Shown here piece by piece: positions 62,401 to 64,000 of a stretch of 64,000 nt of DNA; within the stretch, counting starts at the first letter, position 1, and every line of letters begins with the position of its first letter. Location of the stretch: NCBI GenBank assembly GCA_051294375.1, contig CM119269.1, positions 20,755,665-20,819,664 of the forward strand, given 5' to 3'. Below the pieces are notes generated by a model. The model was not told the origin of the DNA. It ran no database searches and was given only the letters and a program-made list of their open reading frames with translations. The translations under genes were made by a program, and so were the position numbers. Source of the stretch: Paraspadella gotoi (Eukaryota; Animalia; Chaetognatha).

Positions 62401-64000
62401 ATAATTTTATTTGAACCATACTGCCCTACAAAAAGAAGCTCAATTTTAATATTCTAAACGACATGAGTTATTATTTATTGCTCTCTTCTGTGACTAGTCA
62501 CCACACCCAAGATGCTTACAGTGAAAAGTGTTCCAAATTTTTCCGGGTGATAAGAGAGTCCTCCCCTTGACTGTCCCATCACTGATCTTTTGTTGGAGGG
62601 CGGTCGCGATCCTCTGTCCTCGTTTCCGTAGATCATCGCGCAATCGATCGTGTGACGATAAACCGCGGTCAATGGCCGCCTGGGGACGAGAAATGGGCCG
62701 GAAGTTACCGTTCTATAAACTGTTTATGACAAAATTTACTTTCGCGATTGCTTAAAAAATAATAAACAATTAAAAAAAATCGGCGAATATAAAATTATGT
62801 TTAAGGTAAAAATCTTGAGGTTTGGCGTTTTTTTAAAAAAAACTATTTAATTTTTTTTAATTTATTATTATTTTTATTACCCTGACCATAAACTACCCTT
62901 AACCCCTTTAAACCCGGACGGCAAAAGTAAAATAAACTATATATAATATAATATTATAAAATATTTTTTATAATTTTAAAAATAATTTAATAATAATTTA
63001 TAAAAATATTTGTTTTATGGCATAATTTAAATTTTGCTCGACTGGGTTAAAAGGGTTTTAGGGTAAGTGATTTAAAGGTGGTTTAGGGTGAGGGTTAGTT
63101 AGGGTTAAAAGGGTTGAAAATAATTAAAGTTTTCGCACAGGGTACCTTGACGGCAGTTCCCCACTTGGCCTGGCTGAGATTTCCAAGTGCCCCCGCAACT
63201 GAGGGATTTTTATTCCGTCGTTCAATCGATAAAGGGGAACAGCCGCCATAATTTTTAAAAATGGATTCTGTTAATTTTTAGAAAAAAACCAAAAAGAAAA
63301 TTAATAGTATAAGAGGAAAGCTTTTGTTATAATTAGTTCCAGCAGTTTTGAACTTAATATCCACTGGTAATTACCGAGCTACACGTTTAAAAATAACCCA
63401 AAAAATTAGAAAGAGACAGGAGAGAGAGACGAAATTTGGTTGGAGTATAAAATTCAAAATTATCACAGATTCGGGTCGGATAACAGCTTTTTTTTTTTTA
63501 AAGAAAAATCAGTTATCTTCAATTTGGATGACGAGATTTTGAAAAACAGAAGTCTGGGTGAAGATCGAAAAAAAAAAACAAGTCCAGCTCGGTCATACTG
63601 ATATTCATGCATATTTGAGAAAGACGAAATTAAAATTACAGATGAAGAATTAAATTGCGATTGCCAGTTGTGTTCCCCAATTCTTCCTGCATTAATTCAA
63701 ATAGTCCAAATATTTTTTTGTATGATCGAAAAAAATTTGTTATGATCAATAATAATAAAGTCAATACAGAGATCAATAAATACGAATCGTATCACAAATA
63801 ATCAATGTTATTTTTCGACCGTAATTTCATTTATAAACTTATACAATATACAAAGAGATGAAACTAAGAGAAATACGATTTTAATTTTAAAAAATGCTGC
63901 ACCGGCATCGGATTAACGTTTTGCCTAACAAAGTTTTTGAGATCTTCTTATCATTTTTTCGATCGAGCATTATTACACACCAAAATTTAGGGGCTCTTCT
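53405..64000 (+). other. Duplicate of about 31733-42000 (BicC 3' exons, intergenic DNA, AKR); likely low-quality haplotig or read
   Basis: Starts right after an N gap, is collinear with 31733-42000, and differs mainly by dense small indels. Confidence 0.9.
61265..63249 (-). other. Second, indel-rich copy of the aldo-keto reductase gene (probably uncollapsed assembly duplicate)
   Basis: Near-identical to 39321-41265 including introns, but with many 1-2 nt indels. Confidence 0.85.

Noticed and set aside
53405-64000. Second BicC 3' end and second AKR as paralogues or pseudogenes
   Set aside because: Differences are dense random indels spread evenly over exons and introns next to an N gap, typical of unpolished long reads.

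Overview
Eukaryotic, almost certainly invertebrate animal, genomic DNA from an error-prone long-read draft assembly, with four 25-N gaps and several indel-rich duplicated segments. Two genes are recognisable. One is a multi-exon Bicaudal-C gene (KH domains plus SAM domain) on + at 5162-34967; by manual splicing it has 28 exons and about 1,866 aa. The other is a 7-exon aldo-keto reductase (AKR1-like) on - at 39321-41265. A few orphan exon-like segments lie at 42.6-44 kb and 51.9-52.4 kb. The main non-coding signals are (i) a 655-bp miniature LTR retrotransposon (TRIM) with PBS, PPT and 4-bp TSD whose LTRs carry a tRNA-Gly-like Pol III cassette, (ii) two minimal Penelope-type hammerhead ribozyme motifs, (iii) a GC-AG intron bounded by an 8-bp direct repeat, (iv) frequent AAG/GAG splice acceptors, and (v) several MITE families. 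The GC-rich 674-aa ORF at 16.7-18.7 kb is a sequencing artefact: a reverse-complement read of about 21.9 kb onward with A miscalled as C.
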